Origin: an uncultured Bacteroidales bacterium
GTDB lineage: Bacteria > Bacillota_I > Bacilli_A > ML615J-28 > CAG-698
DNA length: 64,000 nucleotides
Reading direction: 5' to 3'
Assembly: GCA_964516425.1 (NCBI GenBank)
Contig: CAZFAM010000001.1
Span: forward strand, 60,865-124,864
Shown here: piece by piece, positions 38,376 to 47,589 of the stretch
Numbering within the stretch: the first letter of the stretch is position 1
Layout: each line of letters begins with the position of its first letter
Made by a program: the position numbers and the translations under genes
The notes under the pieces: model-generated
Database searches by the model: none
What the model was told of the DNA's origin: nothing
What the model saw: only the letters and a program-made list of their open reading frames with translations

Positions 38376-39788
38376 ATGAATAAATATGATGCTATAATTG
38401 TGGGTGCTGGTCCAATGGGTATTTATACAGCCTATGAATTAATGAAAAAAGCACCTGAATTAAAAGTATTATTAATTGATAAAGGTAATGATATTTATCA
38501 TAGAACATGTCCGATTTTATCAAAAAAAATTACGCAATGTCCAAAAGATATGTACGGAAATAGTGGATGCAAACCAGCTTGTTCCGTTACATGTGGATTT
38601 GGTGGTGCAGGTGCATATTCAGATGGTAAGTTTAATATAACTAATGAATTTGGTGGATGGATGAGTGATTATTTAGATAGTGATGAAGTACTAGATTTAA
38701 TTAGATATGTTGATCAAATAAATTTAAATCATGGAGCTCCTGAAGAAATAACAGATCCTAATACTAAAGAAGTTTTAGCAATCGAAAAAAGAGGTATTGC
38801 AGCTGGTTTAAAATTGTTACGTAGTGAAGTAAGACATTTAGGAACAGAAATAAATTTAAAAGTTTTACAAAGTATTTTTGAAGAAATGAAACCATATGTG
38901 GATTATATGTTTTCCACAGAAGTTGTTGATGTAATAGTTGAAAATGGAGTTGTAAAAGGCGTTCAATTAAAAAATAATCAAATTATTGAAGCGACATATG
39001 TAGTAATAGGTGTTGGTAGAGGTGGCTCTGACTGGCAAACTCATACATTAAGTAAATATGGAATAGAATTCAAAAACAATCGTGTAGATATTGGCGTTCG
39101 CGTTGAAACAAATGATATTGTAATGGACGAAATCAATAAATATTTGTATGAAGGTAAGTTTATTTATAATACAAGTGTTGGTACACAAGTAAGAACTTTC
39201 TGTTCAAATCCTAGTGGACATGTTGTTGTTGAAAACTGGAATGGTATAATGGTATGTAATGGTCATGCTTATCATGATGAAAAATTAGGAAGCAAGAATA
39301 CTAATTTTGCTTTATTAGTTTCTCATGAGTTTAATGAACCATTCAAAGATGCTAACGAATATGCACGACAAATATCTCATTTGGCAAACAAGTTAAGTGG
39401 TGGTGGAGTTGTTGTTCAAAAATTTGGTGATATTATTAAAGGTCGTAGAAGTACACAAAAAAGAATTAATGAAGGTTTTGTAAAACCAACATTAAAAGAA
39501 GCTGTACCTGGGGATTTAGGTTTAATATTACCTTATAATACAATGAAATCATTAATTGAAATGATTTATGCATTAGATGCTGTTACTCCAGGAATTGCTA
39601 ATGATCATACATTATTTTATGGTGTAGAAGCTAAATTTTATTCTGATAGAGTAAGTGTTTCCAATGAATTTGAAACTAAGATTAAAAATTTATATGTAGG
39701 TGGAGATGGAGCTGGTATTACACGTGGGCTTGCACAAGCAGGTGCAAATGGTGTTAAGATTGCTCGTTCGATTGCATCAAGAAAGTAG
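38376..39788 (+). CDS. FAD-dependent dehydrogenase (COG2509-like NAD(FAD)-utilizing enzyme)
   Basis: Dinucleotide-binding GxGxxG motif (DAIIVGAGPMG). The C-terminus (YVGGDGAGITRG) is typical of this family. ATG 38376 follows RBS ggaggt. Confidence 0.7.
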   Translation: MNKYDAIIVGAGPMGIYTAYELMKKAPELKVLLIDKGNDIYHRTCPILSKKITQCPKDMYGNSGCKPACSVTCGFGGAGAYSDGKFNITNEFGGWMSDYLDSDEVLDLIRYVDQINLNHGAPEEITDPNTKEVLAIEKRGIAAGLKLLRSEVRHLGTEINLKVLQSIFEEMKPYVDYMFSTEVVDVIVENGVVKGVQLKNNQIIEATYVVIGVGRGGSDWQTHTLSKYGIEFKNNRVDIGVRVETNDIVMDEINKYLYEGKFIYNTSVGTQVRTFCSNPSGHVVVENWNGIMVCNGHAYHDEKLGSKNTNFALLVSHEFNEPFKDANEYARQISHLANKLSGGGVVVQKFGDIIKGRRSTQKRINEGFVKPTLKEAVPGDLGLILPYNTMKSLIEMIYALDAVTPGIANDHTLFYGVEAKFYSDRVSVSNEFETKIKNLYVGGDGAGITRGLAQAGANGVKIARSIASRK

Positions 39789-39794
39789 GTTTTT

Positions 39795-41198
39795 ATGAAA
39801 GAACTATTTCAGGAAATATGTAGTCAAGCATCGTTAGTAGGTGCTAGTTCTCTAGTATTTAAAGACGGAAAGATTGTTGAAAAACTAAATTATGGTTTTA
39901 GTAATTTAGAAAAGAATAAAAAGATTAATAATAAAACTGTATTTCGAATTGCTTCCATATCTAAAGTAATTGTTGCTTTATGTATTATGAAATTATATGA
40001 AGAACATAAATTAGATTTAAACACTGATATTAGTGAATATTTGGGCTTTACAGTTCGTAATCCTAAATATCCAGATGTTGCGATTACTTTAAAAATGGTA
40101 ATGACACAAACATCAAGTATTACAGATGGTCAAGAACAAGGAATTAATAGTGATATTAATACTGGTTATAATTTAATTAATGGTACTAATGAAGAATGCT
40201 CTTTACAAGATTTATTAGATGTCAATGGCTCTAGATTTGTGAAGGAAACATATAGTAATTATCGACCAGCAACTCATTTTGAATATTCAAATTTAGGATG
40301 TGGTATTTTAGCTTGTATTATAGAAAAAATAACAGGTGAATATTTTACTGATTATGTAAAAACAATGATCTTTAAACCATTAAAGCTTGATGCTAGTTTT
40401 GTTGTTACAGACATTAAGCATAAAGATATTGCATCAACTTATTATTACAAAGATAATGAGAGTCATTTGAAGAGAAATAAAGAAATGTTTATTGAAAGTG
40501 TCTATAAAAAGTTCCCTTTAGGTGATAATTTTCGTGGTCCAGCTGGTGGATTATTTATTAGCACAAATGGATTAATGAAATTGATGACTTGTTTATTGCA
40601 AGGCGGAAGTCCTATTGTAAAACAAGATACATTAGATAAAATGATGCAAATGGCTTGGGCAGGAAAACCACAAGAATATAATAGTTATGTTGCTAAAGGA
40701 TTACAAATGGAGATTGTTGATTACTTTAATAATCGTCGCTTATATGGTCATTTTGGTGATGCATATGGAGTTAGAAGTTATTTTTTATTTAATAGAGAAG
40801 AACAAATCGGAATGGTTTTTCTGACTAATGGTGGTAATTATCACGATCAAAAATGTGGCTTTTGTGATATTCATGAAAAATTAATTAACGCTACATTAAA
40901 TAAATATTGGCAAAAAAAGATTTCCACAATTTTTACGTTTAATATTAATGATAAATTTGGGTATATTGATAGAAGAAAAATTGAACTTGATTATCGTTGT
41001 TCAAAAAATGGTGTCTTTTTTAATAAACTTTCTTTACTTGATGCTTTAGGGATTAGCGCTTTAGACGATTATGATTTTTGTAATAAAGAAGGTAAATCAA
41101 TGCCGATTGAAGAAGTTGTGGATAAATTTAAAGATAAATATAATATGGATATTGTTAAAGGAGAGCAATCTTATATTATTTCTTATAAGCATGAATAG
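39795..41198 (+). CDS. serine hydrolase, beta-lactamase/PBP4*-fold family
   Basis: SxxK active-site motif (IASISKVIV) and a YSN-like motif (EYSNLGCG). Confidence 0.7.
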   Translation: MKELFQEICSQASLVGASSLVFKDGKIVEKLNYGFSNLEKNKKINNKTVFRIASISKVIVALCIMKLYEEHKLDLNTDISEYLGFTVRNPKYPDVAITLKMVMTQTSSITDGQEQGINSDINTGYNLINGTNEECSLQDLLDVNGSRFVKETYSNYRPATHFEYSNLGCGILACIIEKITGEYFTDYVKTMIFKPLKLDASFVVTDIKHKDIASTYYYKDNESHLKRNKEMFIESVYKKFPLGDNFRGPAGGLFISTNGLMKLMTCLLQGGSPIVKQDTLDKMMQMAWAGKPQEYNSYVAKGLQMEIVDYFNNRRLYGHFGDAYGVRSYFLFNREEQIGMVFLTNGGNYHDQKCGFCDIHEKLINATLNKYWQKKISTIFTFNINDKFGYIDRRKIELDYRCSKNGVFFNKLSLLDALGISALDDYDFCNKEGKSMPIEEVVDKFKDKYNMDIVKGEQSYIISYKHE

Positions 41199-41222
41199 GA
41201 AATAATTATTTAAATACAAATT

Positions 41223-41972
41223 ATGATTTGTCCAAAATGTAAGCAAAAATTAATAAAAAAAGATCACACCTATCAATGTGATAATAATCATTCTTATGAT
41301 ATTGGGAAAAGTGGTTATGTTAATTTATTATTGAATTGTAAAAATAGTGGTGATAATAAACAAATGGTTCAAGCAAGACATCAGTTTTTACAAAAAAACT
41401 ATTATTATCCATTAAAAGAAAAAATTAATGATATTATAAATTCACTAGAAATTGATAATATACTTGATGTTGGCTGTGGTGATGGGTATTTTGATGACCA
41501 ATTAAGCAATGTATATGGAATTGATATCTCTAAAGAAGCGATTATTAAGGCATCAAAGAATAATAAAAGTGCAACATATATAGTAGCTAGTGGTTTTGAT
41601 ATTCCTTTTGATGATAATTCTATATCTTTAATACTTAATGTTTTTGCACCGCATGATGAAAAAGAGTTTACTCGTGTAAGTAATAACTATATTTTAAAAG
41701 TTGTTCCAGGAAAAAAACATTTATTAGAATTAAAAGAAATTTTATATGATAGAGTTATTATTAAAGATGAAAAGCATTTACATTTTAAAGCTTTTACAGA
41801 AATTAATTCATATCATTTAACATATCAAATGCGTGTTATAGATTTATATGAGTTAGTGATGATGACTCCATATTTCTATACATCAAGTATAGATAAAGAA
41901 TTATTAGATAATTACGCTAATACATCTATAACATGTGATTTTATAATTCTTTTATATAAAAAGATTATATAA
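41223..41972 (+). CDS. rlmA: 23S rRNA (guanine745-N1)-methyltransferase RlmA-like
   Basis: N-terminal Zn-finger CPKC...C..C plus a SAM-binding motif (LDVGCGDGYF). Confidence 0.75.
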   Translation: MICPKCKQKLIKKDHTYQCDNNHSYDIGKSGYVNLLLNCKNSGDNKQMVQARHQFLQKNYYYPLKEKINDIINSLEIDNILDVGCGDGYFDDQLSNVYGIDISKEAIIKASKNNKSATYIVASGFDIPFDDNSISLILNVFAPHDEKEFTRVSNNYILKVVPGKKHLLELKEILYDRVIIKDEKHLHFKAFTEINSYHLTYQMRVIDLYELVMMTPYFYTSSIDKELLDNYANTSITCDFIILLYKKII

Positions 41973-41998
41973 ATAAGTTAAGAAACATAAACTATAGT

Positions 41999-42634
41999 AT
42001 GAAAAAAATTATAGCTTATGTTTTTATTTTACTTTTATGCCTATTTATTTTTTTAAGTATTCAATTCGTGAATGGATACTTTAGTGATCGCGTAAATACT
42101 TATATTGAAAATAAAGGTACCGTTTATACGCAAAATTATTTAGAGCAAGCATTAAGAGAAAGTGTTGTTAATAATATTGATATTGACTCTATGTATTATA
42201 TTCACAAAAATGAAGATGAAGTAAAACAAGTTTTAATTAATACATCACAAATAAATTTAATATTGCAAAAAGTTAATGAAACATTAGATAATGCAATAGT
42301 AAAACTTGAAGATGAAGTATTATCTTTACCATTAGGTATTATTTTAGGCGAAACAATCTTTTCATCCGTTGGACCAAATATTGAGTTAAAAGTTTATCCA
42401 GTTGGCAGTTACACATGTGATGTGTTGAGTTCCATTCAAGAATATGGCATTAATAATTCATTATTTGAAATATATATACAAGTTATAATCAAAATTGAAA
42501 CAATTATTCCTTTAAGAAGCAGCACACAAGAAGTGGAATGTCATATTCCATTAGTAATGCAAATATTACAAGGCGATGTCCCTAGATATTATTATAATAC
42601 CGATAATTTAGTTCCAGATGTTTATGATAATTAA
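41999..42634 (+). CDS. yunB: sporulation protein YunB-like
   Basis: N-terminal TM and a YunB-family pattern in the central region. Neighbouring genes are NifU-like and cwlD, as in Bacilli. Confidence 0.5.
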   Translation: MKKIIAYVFILLLCLFIFLSIQFVNGYFSDRVNTYIENKGTVYTQNYLEQALRESVVNNIDIDSMYYIHKNEDEVKQVLINTSQINLILQKVNETLDNAIVKLEDEVLSLPLGIILGETIFSSVGPNIELKVYPVGSYTCDVLSSIQEYGINNSLFEIYIQVIIKIETIIPLRSSTQEVECHIPLVMQILQGDVPRYYYNTDNLVPDVYDN

Positions 42635-42690
42635 ATATTGCTTTTTTTATATAAAAGGTATATAATATATTAATAAACAGAGGTAATATA

Positions 42691-42921
42691 ATGACAGTAG
42701 AAGATCAAATTAAAGTAATACTAAATAAAATTCGTCCATATCTTCAACAAGATGGTGGAGATGTTGAATATGTTAGATATCAAGATGGTATTGTATATGT
42801 AAAAATGTTAGGTGCGTGCGTTGGATGTAATAGTATTGATGCTACAATGAAAGATGGTATTGAGGCATTATTATTAGAAGAAGTTCCAGGAGTTATAGGT
42901 GTAGAGCTTGCGGAAGAATAA
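42691..42921 (+). CDS. NifU-like Fe-S cluster domain protein (YutI-like)
   Basis: The Nfu C-terminal-domain motif with the CxxC pair (GACVGCNS) and the flanking pattern match the NifU_C family. Confidence 0.75.
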   Translation: MTVEDQIKVILNKIRPYLQQDGGDVEYVRYQDGIVYVKMLGACVGCNSIDATMKDGIEALLLEEVPGVIGVELAEE

Positions 42922-42926
42922 TATTA

Positions 42927-42960
42927 GGTGATTATAAGTTATTTTATAGTCACTTTTTTT
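42927..42960 (+). terminator. rho-independent terminator
   Basis: Stems ggtgattataa and ttatagtcac (one wobble) are followed by ttttttt. Confidence 0.5.
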
Positions 42961-43038
42961 ATTATAAAAGTTTAAAAAAAATATTTAAAGTTTCTTGCTT
43001 TTGTGATATAATAAGTACAAATAAGGTGGTAATATATT

Positions 43039-43383
43039 ATGAAAAAAGGAGAAATTGTTTATGGCATTATAACTAATATAATCGGATATGGGGCATTTGT
43101 GCAAGTGGGTGATTATACTGGTTTAATTCATATCTCTGAGTTTTCGGATAATTATGTCAGAGACATTAATGATTTTGTGGAAATAGGAGAAAAAGTTAAA
43201 TTGAAAATTGTGGAAGTTGATGAAGAAAAGAAACGTTTAAAGTTGAGTTACAAGTCATTAAATAAACTTCGTGGAACTAAATGTATTGTTCCAAAGTTTA
43301 CAATCGGTTTTAAAAGTTTAAGAGATCGATTACCACAATTTATTAAAGCTCAAAAAGACAATATGGAAAATAAAAATAATTAG
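43039..43383 (+). CDS. S1 RNA-binding domain protein (general stress protein 13 / YugI-like)
   Basis: S1 motif GEIVYGIITNIIGYGAFVQVGDYTGLIHISE. Length 114 aa. Confidence 0.75.
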   Translation: MKKGEIVYGIITNIIGYGAFVQVGDYTGLIHISEFSDNYVRDINDFVEIGEKVKLKIVEVDEEKKRLKLSYKSLNKLRGTKCIVPKFTIGFKSLRDRLPQFIKAQKDNMENKNN

Positions 43384-43445
43384 ATATTCATTTTTGAATG
43401 TCTTTTTTTTATTTTTATTTCATAAAATTATTTGAGGTAAAAATA

Positions 43446-44111
43446 ATGAAAAAATATTTTAAAATTTTAATAATAATTATAATATCTGCACTTTTAATAA
43501 TAACTTACAATGTGCAAGCAAAAGAGATAAATACGACTTTAATATATTTAGATCCAGGTCATGGCGGAACTGATAGTGGTGGAACATCTAAAAATGGCAT
43601 TGAAGAAAAAAATATAAATTTAAGTGTATGTAAATTATTAGAAAAATATTTAAAAGATGGTGGTTATGAAGTATTATTAACAAGAAGAACAGACAATGAT
43701 TTAGCTCCCATTGCAAGTAAAAATCGAAAAACAGATGATATAGTTAGAAGAGTAGATTTAATTAATAATTCTAATGCAATAATTTATGTATCAATACATT
43801 GTAATATTTTTCCTAATCAAACAATTAGAGGAGCTCAAACATTTTATAATAGTAATAATCAAAATAACAAAATATTAGCAACAGAAATTCAGAATTATTT
43901 AAGCACTGTATTACAAAATACTAAAAGACAACCTAATAGTATTAAAAACAAATATTTAGTTGATAATGTAAAAAAAATTGGATGTTTAACTGAAATTGGT
44001 TTTTTAAGCAATTATGTGGAAGAACAATTACTAAATGATATTAATTATCAAGAAAAAGTTGCATATGCTATTTATTTAGGCATAATTGCATATTTAAATT
44101 ATAATAATTAA
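43446..44111 (+). CDS. cwlD: N-acetylmuramoyl-L-alanine amidase, CwlD-type (Amidase_3)
   Basis: Amidase_3 motif LDPGHGGTDSGG plus signal/TM. ATG 43446 follows RBS gaggt. Confidence 0.7.
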   Translation: MKKYFKILIIIIISALLIITYNVQAKEINTTLIYLDPGHGGTDSGGTSKNGIEEKNINLSVCKLLEKYLKDGGYEVLLTRRTDNDLAPIASKNRKTDDIVRRVDLINNSNAIIYVSIHCNIFPNQTIRGAQTFYNSNNQNNKILATEIQNYLSTVLQNTKRQPNSIKNKYLVDNVKKIGCLTEIGFLSNYVEEQLLNDINYQEKVAYAIYLGIIAYLNYNN

Positions 44112-44203
44112 TATTTTTAAAAATATAGTGAAAAAATGAATAAAGTATGGTATAATATTTTATATTAATGCGAAGTTATTTTAGTCTTAGAGTTGGTGAA
44201 AAT

Positions 44204-44656
44204 ATGCAAAAAGAAATTTTAATAAATAGTTCAGAAGAAATGATAGCTTTAGGTGAAAAGATAGGTCTTAATAGTTTTCCAAATATGTTAATAACAATGC
44301 AAGGAGATTTAGGAGCTGGTAAAACAACTATGACTAAGGGTATTGCAAAGGGGCTTGGAGTTGCAGGAGTTGTTAATTCACCCACATTTACGATTATGAA
44401 AATATATGAAGGTCGTTTGACATTATTTCATTTAGATGTTTATCGAATTGAAAATCCGATAGATGACTTTGAATTAGAAGAATATTTTGAAGATGGTGGT
44501 GTTTGTGTTATTGAGTGGGCTAATCAAGTTGCATCATTATTGCCTAAAGAAAGAATGAATATCCAAATATTTGATCTTGGAAATAATCAAAGAAAAGTTA
44601 TTATTAATAGTGAAAATGAACAATATATAAAAGTAATTTTAGAGGTATCCAAATGA
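44204..44656 (+). CDS. tsaE: tRNA t6A biosynthesis ATPase TsaE
   Basis: P-loop GDLGAGKTT. About 150 aa, at the head of the tsaE-tsaB-rimI-tsaD cluster. Confidence 0.85.
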   Translation: MQKEILINSSEEMIALGEKIGLNSFPNMLITMQGDLGAGKTTMTKGIAKGLGVAGVVNSPTFTIMKIYEGRLTLFHLDVYRIENPIDDFELEEYFEDGGVCVIEWANQVASLLPKERMNIQIFDLGNNQRKVIINSENEQYIKVILEVSK

Positions 44657-45228
44657 AAACAATGATTTTAGATACATCCACAAATCTATTGTACATTAGT
44701 TTTGTGTTTGATGATAAAGTAATATATGAAGTTAAATCAGAAGGATTAAATAATCATTCTGATAATTTACTAAAAAAAATAGAAGAAGGGTTACATCAAT
44801 GTTCTCTTCAAGTGAAAGATTTTGAACGATTTGTTATTGGTATTGGTCCAGGAGCATATACAGGGTTACGTGTGAGTTTAGCAGTGGCCAAAATGTTTGC
44901 TTGGACTTTAAATTTACCATTATATACAATAAGTAGTTTGGATTTATTAACTAGCGGTGTTAAAGAAAATGGTAAATATGCGATATGTTTTAAAGCTAAA
45001 AAAGATTATAGTTACTTTAAGACAATGTCAGTTAATAATGGAACGCGTGTTTTTTCACAAGAAGAATTTATTGCCAATGAAGAATTAGAGAAAAAAATCA
45101 GTTTTAAAGAATATAAAAAAATCACAAATAATGATATTGCAATTGATGTGTTAAATATTAAGGAAACACAATTAAAGTTAGTAGATGAAATCCATGCATT
45201 AGAACCAAATTATTTGCGAGCTTGTTAA
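44653..45228 (+). CDS. tsaB: tRNA t6A biosynthesis protein TsaB (YeaZ)
   Basis: Inactive Kae1-like fold (ILDTSTN...GIGPGAYTGLRV). Confidence 0.85.
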   Translation: MKTMILDTSTNLLYISFVFDDKVIYEVKSEGLNNHSDNLLKKIEEGLHQCSLQVKDFERFVIGIGPGAYTGLRVSLAVAKMFAWTLNLPLYTISSLDLLTSGVKENGKYAICFKAKKDYSYFKTMSVNNGTRVFSQEEFIANEELEKKISFKEYKKITNNDIAIDVLNIKETQLKLVDEIHALEPNYLRAC

Positions 45229-45229
45229 A

Positions 45230-45694
45230 ATGAATTACCAATTTAGAGAAATGACAATTGATGACATTGATGATGTTGTTAGTGGGGAAATTAAAGTATT
45301 TGGACATTCATTAGGGTATGATATGATTTATTCTGATTTAACTATTAATCCTTATGCATGTTATATTGTATTGGAAATAGAAAATCAAATACATGGGTAT
45401 TTTGGCTTGTGGGTTACAGATAATGTGGAAATTATAAATTTATATGTTGATGAAGAGTATCAAGGTATGGGATTTGGATCGTTAATGATGAATATGATTA
45501 TTAATGTTTGTGAAATGAGTCATGTAAATAATTTGAGCTTAGAAGTTAGAAAATCAAATCTTAAAGCACAAAACTTATATAAAAAATTTGGTTTGAAGGA
45601 AGTAAGTGTCCGTAAAGATTATTATATTGATAAAGAAAAAAATAGTAAAGAAGATGCCATTTTAATGGTTAAATCTTTTGAGGTGATTAAATGA
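45230..45694 (+). CDS. rimI: ribosomal-protein-alanine N-acetyltransferase (GNAT)
   Basis: GNAT acetyl-CoA motif (VDEEYQGMGFGSLMM). Conserved position between tsaB and tsaD. Confidence 0.8.
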   Translation: MNYQFREMTIDDIDDVVSGEIKVFGHSLGYDMIYSDLTINPYACYIVLEIENQIHGYFGLWVTDNVEIINLYVDEEYQGMGFGSLMMNMIINVCEMSHVNNLSLEVRKSNLKAQNLYKKFGLKEVSVRKDYYIDKEKNSKEDAILMVKSFEVIK

Positions 45695-46644
45695 TAGTAT
45701 TAGGAGTTGAAACAAGTTGTGATGAAACTGCTGTTGCAATTGTGGAAGATGGTAAAAAAGTAATTGCTAGCGTTGTTTATACACAAATAGATATTTTTGA
45801 AAAATATGGAGGGGTAGTTCCCGAGGTTGCTAGTAGAAAACATATTCAAAAAATAACTATTGTTTTTGAGGAGTGTTTAAAACAAGCAAATATGACTCCG
45901 GAAAATATTGATTTAGTAGCTGTTACAACTCATCCAGGTTTAATAGGATCATTGTTAGTTGGAATTAATGCTGCTCATGCATTTGCATTAGCAAATAATA
46001 TTCCTTGTGTTGATGTTAATCATTTGACAGGTCATATTTATGCTAACTATATTGAGAGTGATTTTAATTTTCCTGTTTTAGCGTTAGTTGTAAGTGGTGG
46101 ACATACGGAATTAGTTTTAATGAAAGATCATTATGAATTCGAAGTATTAGGACAAACCTTAGATGATGCTATTGGGGAAGCATATGATAAAGTAGGGCGT
46201 GTTATGAATTTTAATTATCCTGCTGGTAAACCTGTAGATGATGCTGCTCATTTAGGAAAGCATACATATACATTACCAATTTATGAAAGTAAAGATGATT
46301 ATAATTTTAGTTTTTCAGGAATAAAATCAGGAGTTTTAAATTTAGTTAACAAATGTAAAATGAAAAATGAAGAAATTAGAATTAATGATTTAGCATGTAC
46401 TTTCCAAGATACAGTGGTTAATGTATTAGTCAATAAGACTGTTAAAGCTGTACAAGAATTTAATATTAAACATGTTATAGTTGCGGGAGGTGTTGCCGCA
46501 AACCGAGGCTTAAGGGAATATATGAATGAAGCAATATCTAAACTTGATGGAGTAAAGTTAACGTTCCCAAGTTTTAAGTATTGTACAGATAATGCAGTAA
46601 TGATAGCAGTTAGTGGATATTTTAAATATATATTAAAAAAATAG
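45691..46644 (+). CDS. tsaD: tRNA N6-adenosine threonylcarbamoyltransferase TsaD
   Basis: Kae1/TsaD motifs (GVETSCDETAVAI; HLTGHIYAN metal-binding His pair). Confidence 0.9.
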   Translation: MIVLGVETSCDETAVAIVEDGKKVIASVVYTQIDIFEKYGGVVPEVASRKHIQKITIVFEECLKQANMTPENIDLVAVTTHPGLIGSLLVGINAAHAFALANNIPCVDVNHLTGHIYANYIESDFNFPVLALVVSGGHTELVLMKDHYEFEVLGQTLDDAIGEAYDKVGRVMNFNYPAGKPVDDAAHLGKHTYTLPIYESKDDYNFSFSGIKSGVLNLVNKCKMKNEEIRINDLACTFQDTVVNVLVNKTVKAVQEFNIKHVIVAGGVAANRGLREYMNEAISKLDGVKLTFPSFKYCTDNAVMIAVSGYFKYILKK

Positions 46645-46653
46645 GTAGCATTT

Positions 46654-47586
46654 ATGAAGACAAGAGGAAATGTAAAAACATATGAATTAAATAGTCAAGG
46701 CCATTATGTTTTATGTAAAGAAAATGAGCCCATTAATGAATTTGATAATAATGTTAATGAAGAAGTACTATATTCTAATCCTTTTTTATTTAACATTGAA
46801 AAGAGTAATGGTTTTTATGTTTCCAGTATTGAAGATTTTTATTTAAAAGATAATGATAAAACTTATAATATGGGAGAAACTCTTCGTAATATTAATGTTA
46901 AAAAAAGAACAAGGAATAAAATTGTTAAAAAGAATTTTAAGAATTGGAAAAAAGAGATTGACGAAAGAATTAAGTTTGTATTTACAAATGCTAAGTACAA
47001 ATTACAAGAAGCAAATAGTGGTGATGTTATTAATGTGGGCTTTGGAAATAAAATCCTATTATTTATAAGTATTGTTATCGCTTTTTTACTTTTATTTAAC
47101 GTAATAAAAATTGTTCCTCCTTTAATAGGTTATAAAAGAATGATTGCTATTGCGGTTATAGTTGTAGGAATAATAAGCTTGTTATTAAGTATTGTACAGG
47201 CTATTAAAACAAATCAATATTTAAGTCAAATTAAGGTTTATAAGAAGAATATAAAAAAATATGAAAAAGAAGTTAATAAAGCATATTTAAAAAAATATAA
47301 AAAAACATACAAGTATTATAAAAAAGGATTAAAGAAAAAAGTATTATCTATTCCCCCTTTGACAATTGATAAGGTAGTTATAGGTGGGGATAAAATAGAT
47401 TTTATTGAAAAATCAACTATTAAAATTAATGAGAAGTATATGAAAAATATTGTTAAAAAGGAAGGTTTTTTATTTACTTATCATTTGCCCGTCTTTTTTT
47501 CTTATGCATTAAGCATAATAAGTGGTGGGTATTTAATAGTGGAATTAATAATTTGCTTGATAAATTTTATTGCGAAGGGAGAATAA
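46654..47586 (+). CDS. lysine-rich membrane protein (2-3 TM), translationally coupled to the downstream giant coiled-coil gene
   Basis: Hydrophobic segments are separated by K-rich loops. Its stop at 47586 is 3 nt from the next start. Confidence 0.5.
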   Translation: MKTRGNVKTYELNSQGHYVLCKENEPINEFDNNVNEEVLYSNPFLFNIEKSNGFYVSSIEDFYLKDNDKTYNMGETLRNINVKKRTRNKIVKKNFKNWKKEIDERIKFVFTNAKYKLQEANSGDVINVGFGNKILLFISIVIAFLLLFNVIKIVPPLIGYKRMIAIAVIVVGIISLLLSIVQAIKTNQYLSQIKVYKKNIKKYEKEVNKAYLKKYKKTYKYYKKGLKKKVLSIPPLTIDKVVIGGDKIDFIEKSTIKINEKYMKNIVKKEGFLFTYHLPVFFSYALSIISGGYLIVELIICLINFIAKGE

Positions 47587-47589
47587 ATT

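Noticed and set aside
43384-43445. Possible hairpin after the S1-protein gene (attcatttttgaatg)
   Set aside because: The stem is only 4-5 bp with imperfect pairing. This is too weak to call a terminator.
44176-44385. 69-aa minus-strand ORF inside tsaE
   Set aside because: Shadow ORF.
46853-47068. 71-aa alternative-frame ORF inside the Lys-rich membrane protein gene
   Set aside because: It overlaps the longer ORF that is translationally coupled to the downstream gene.
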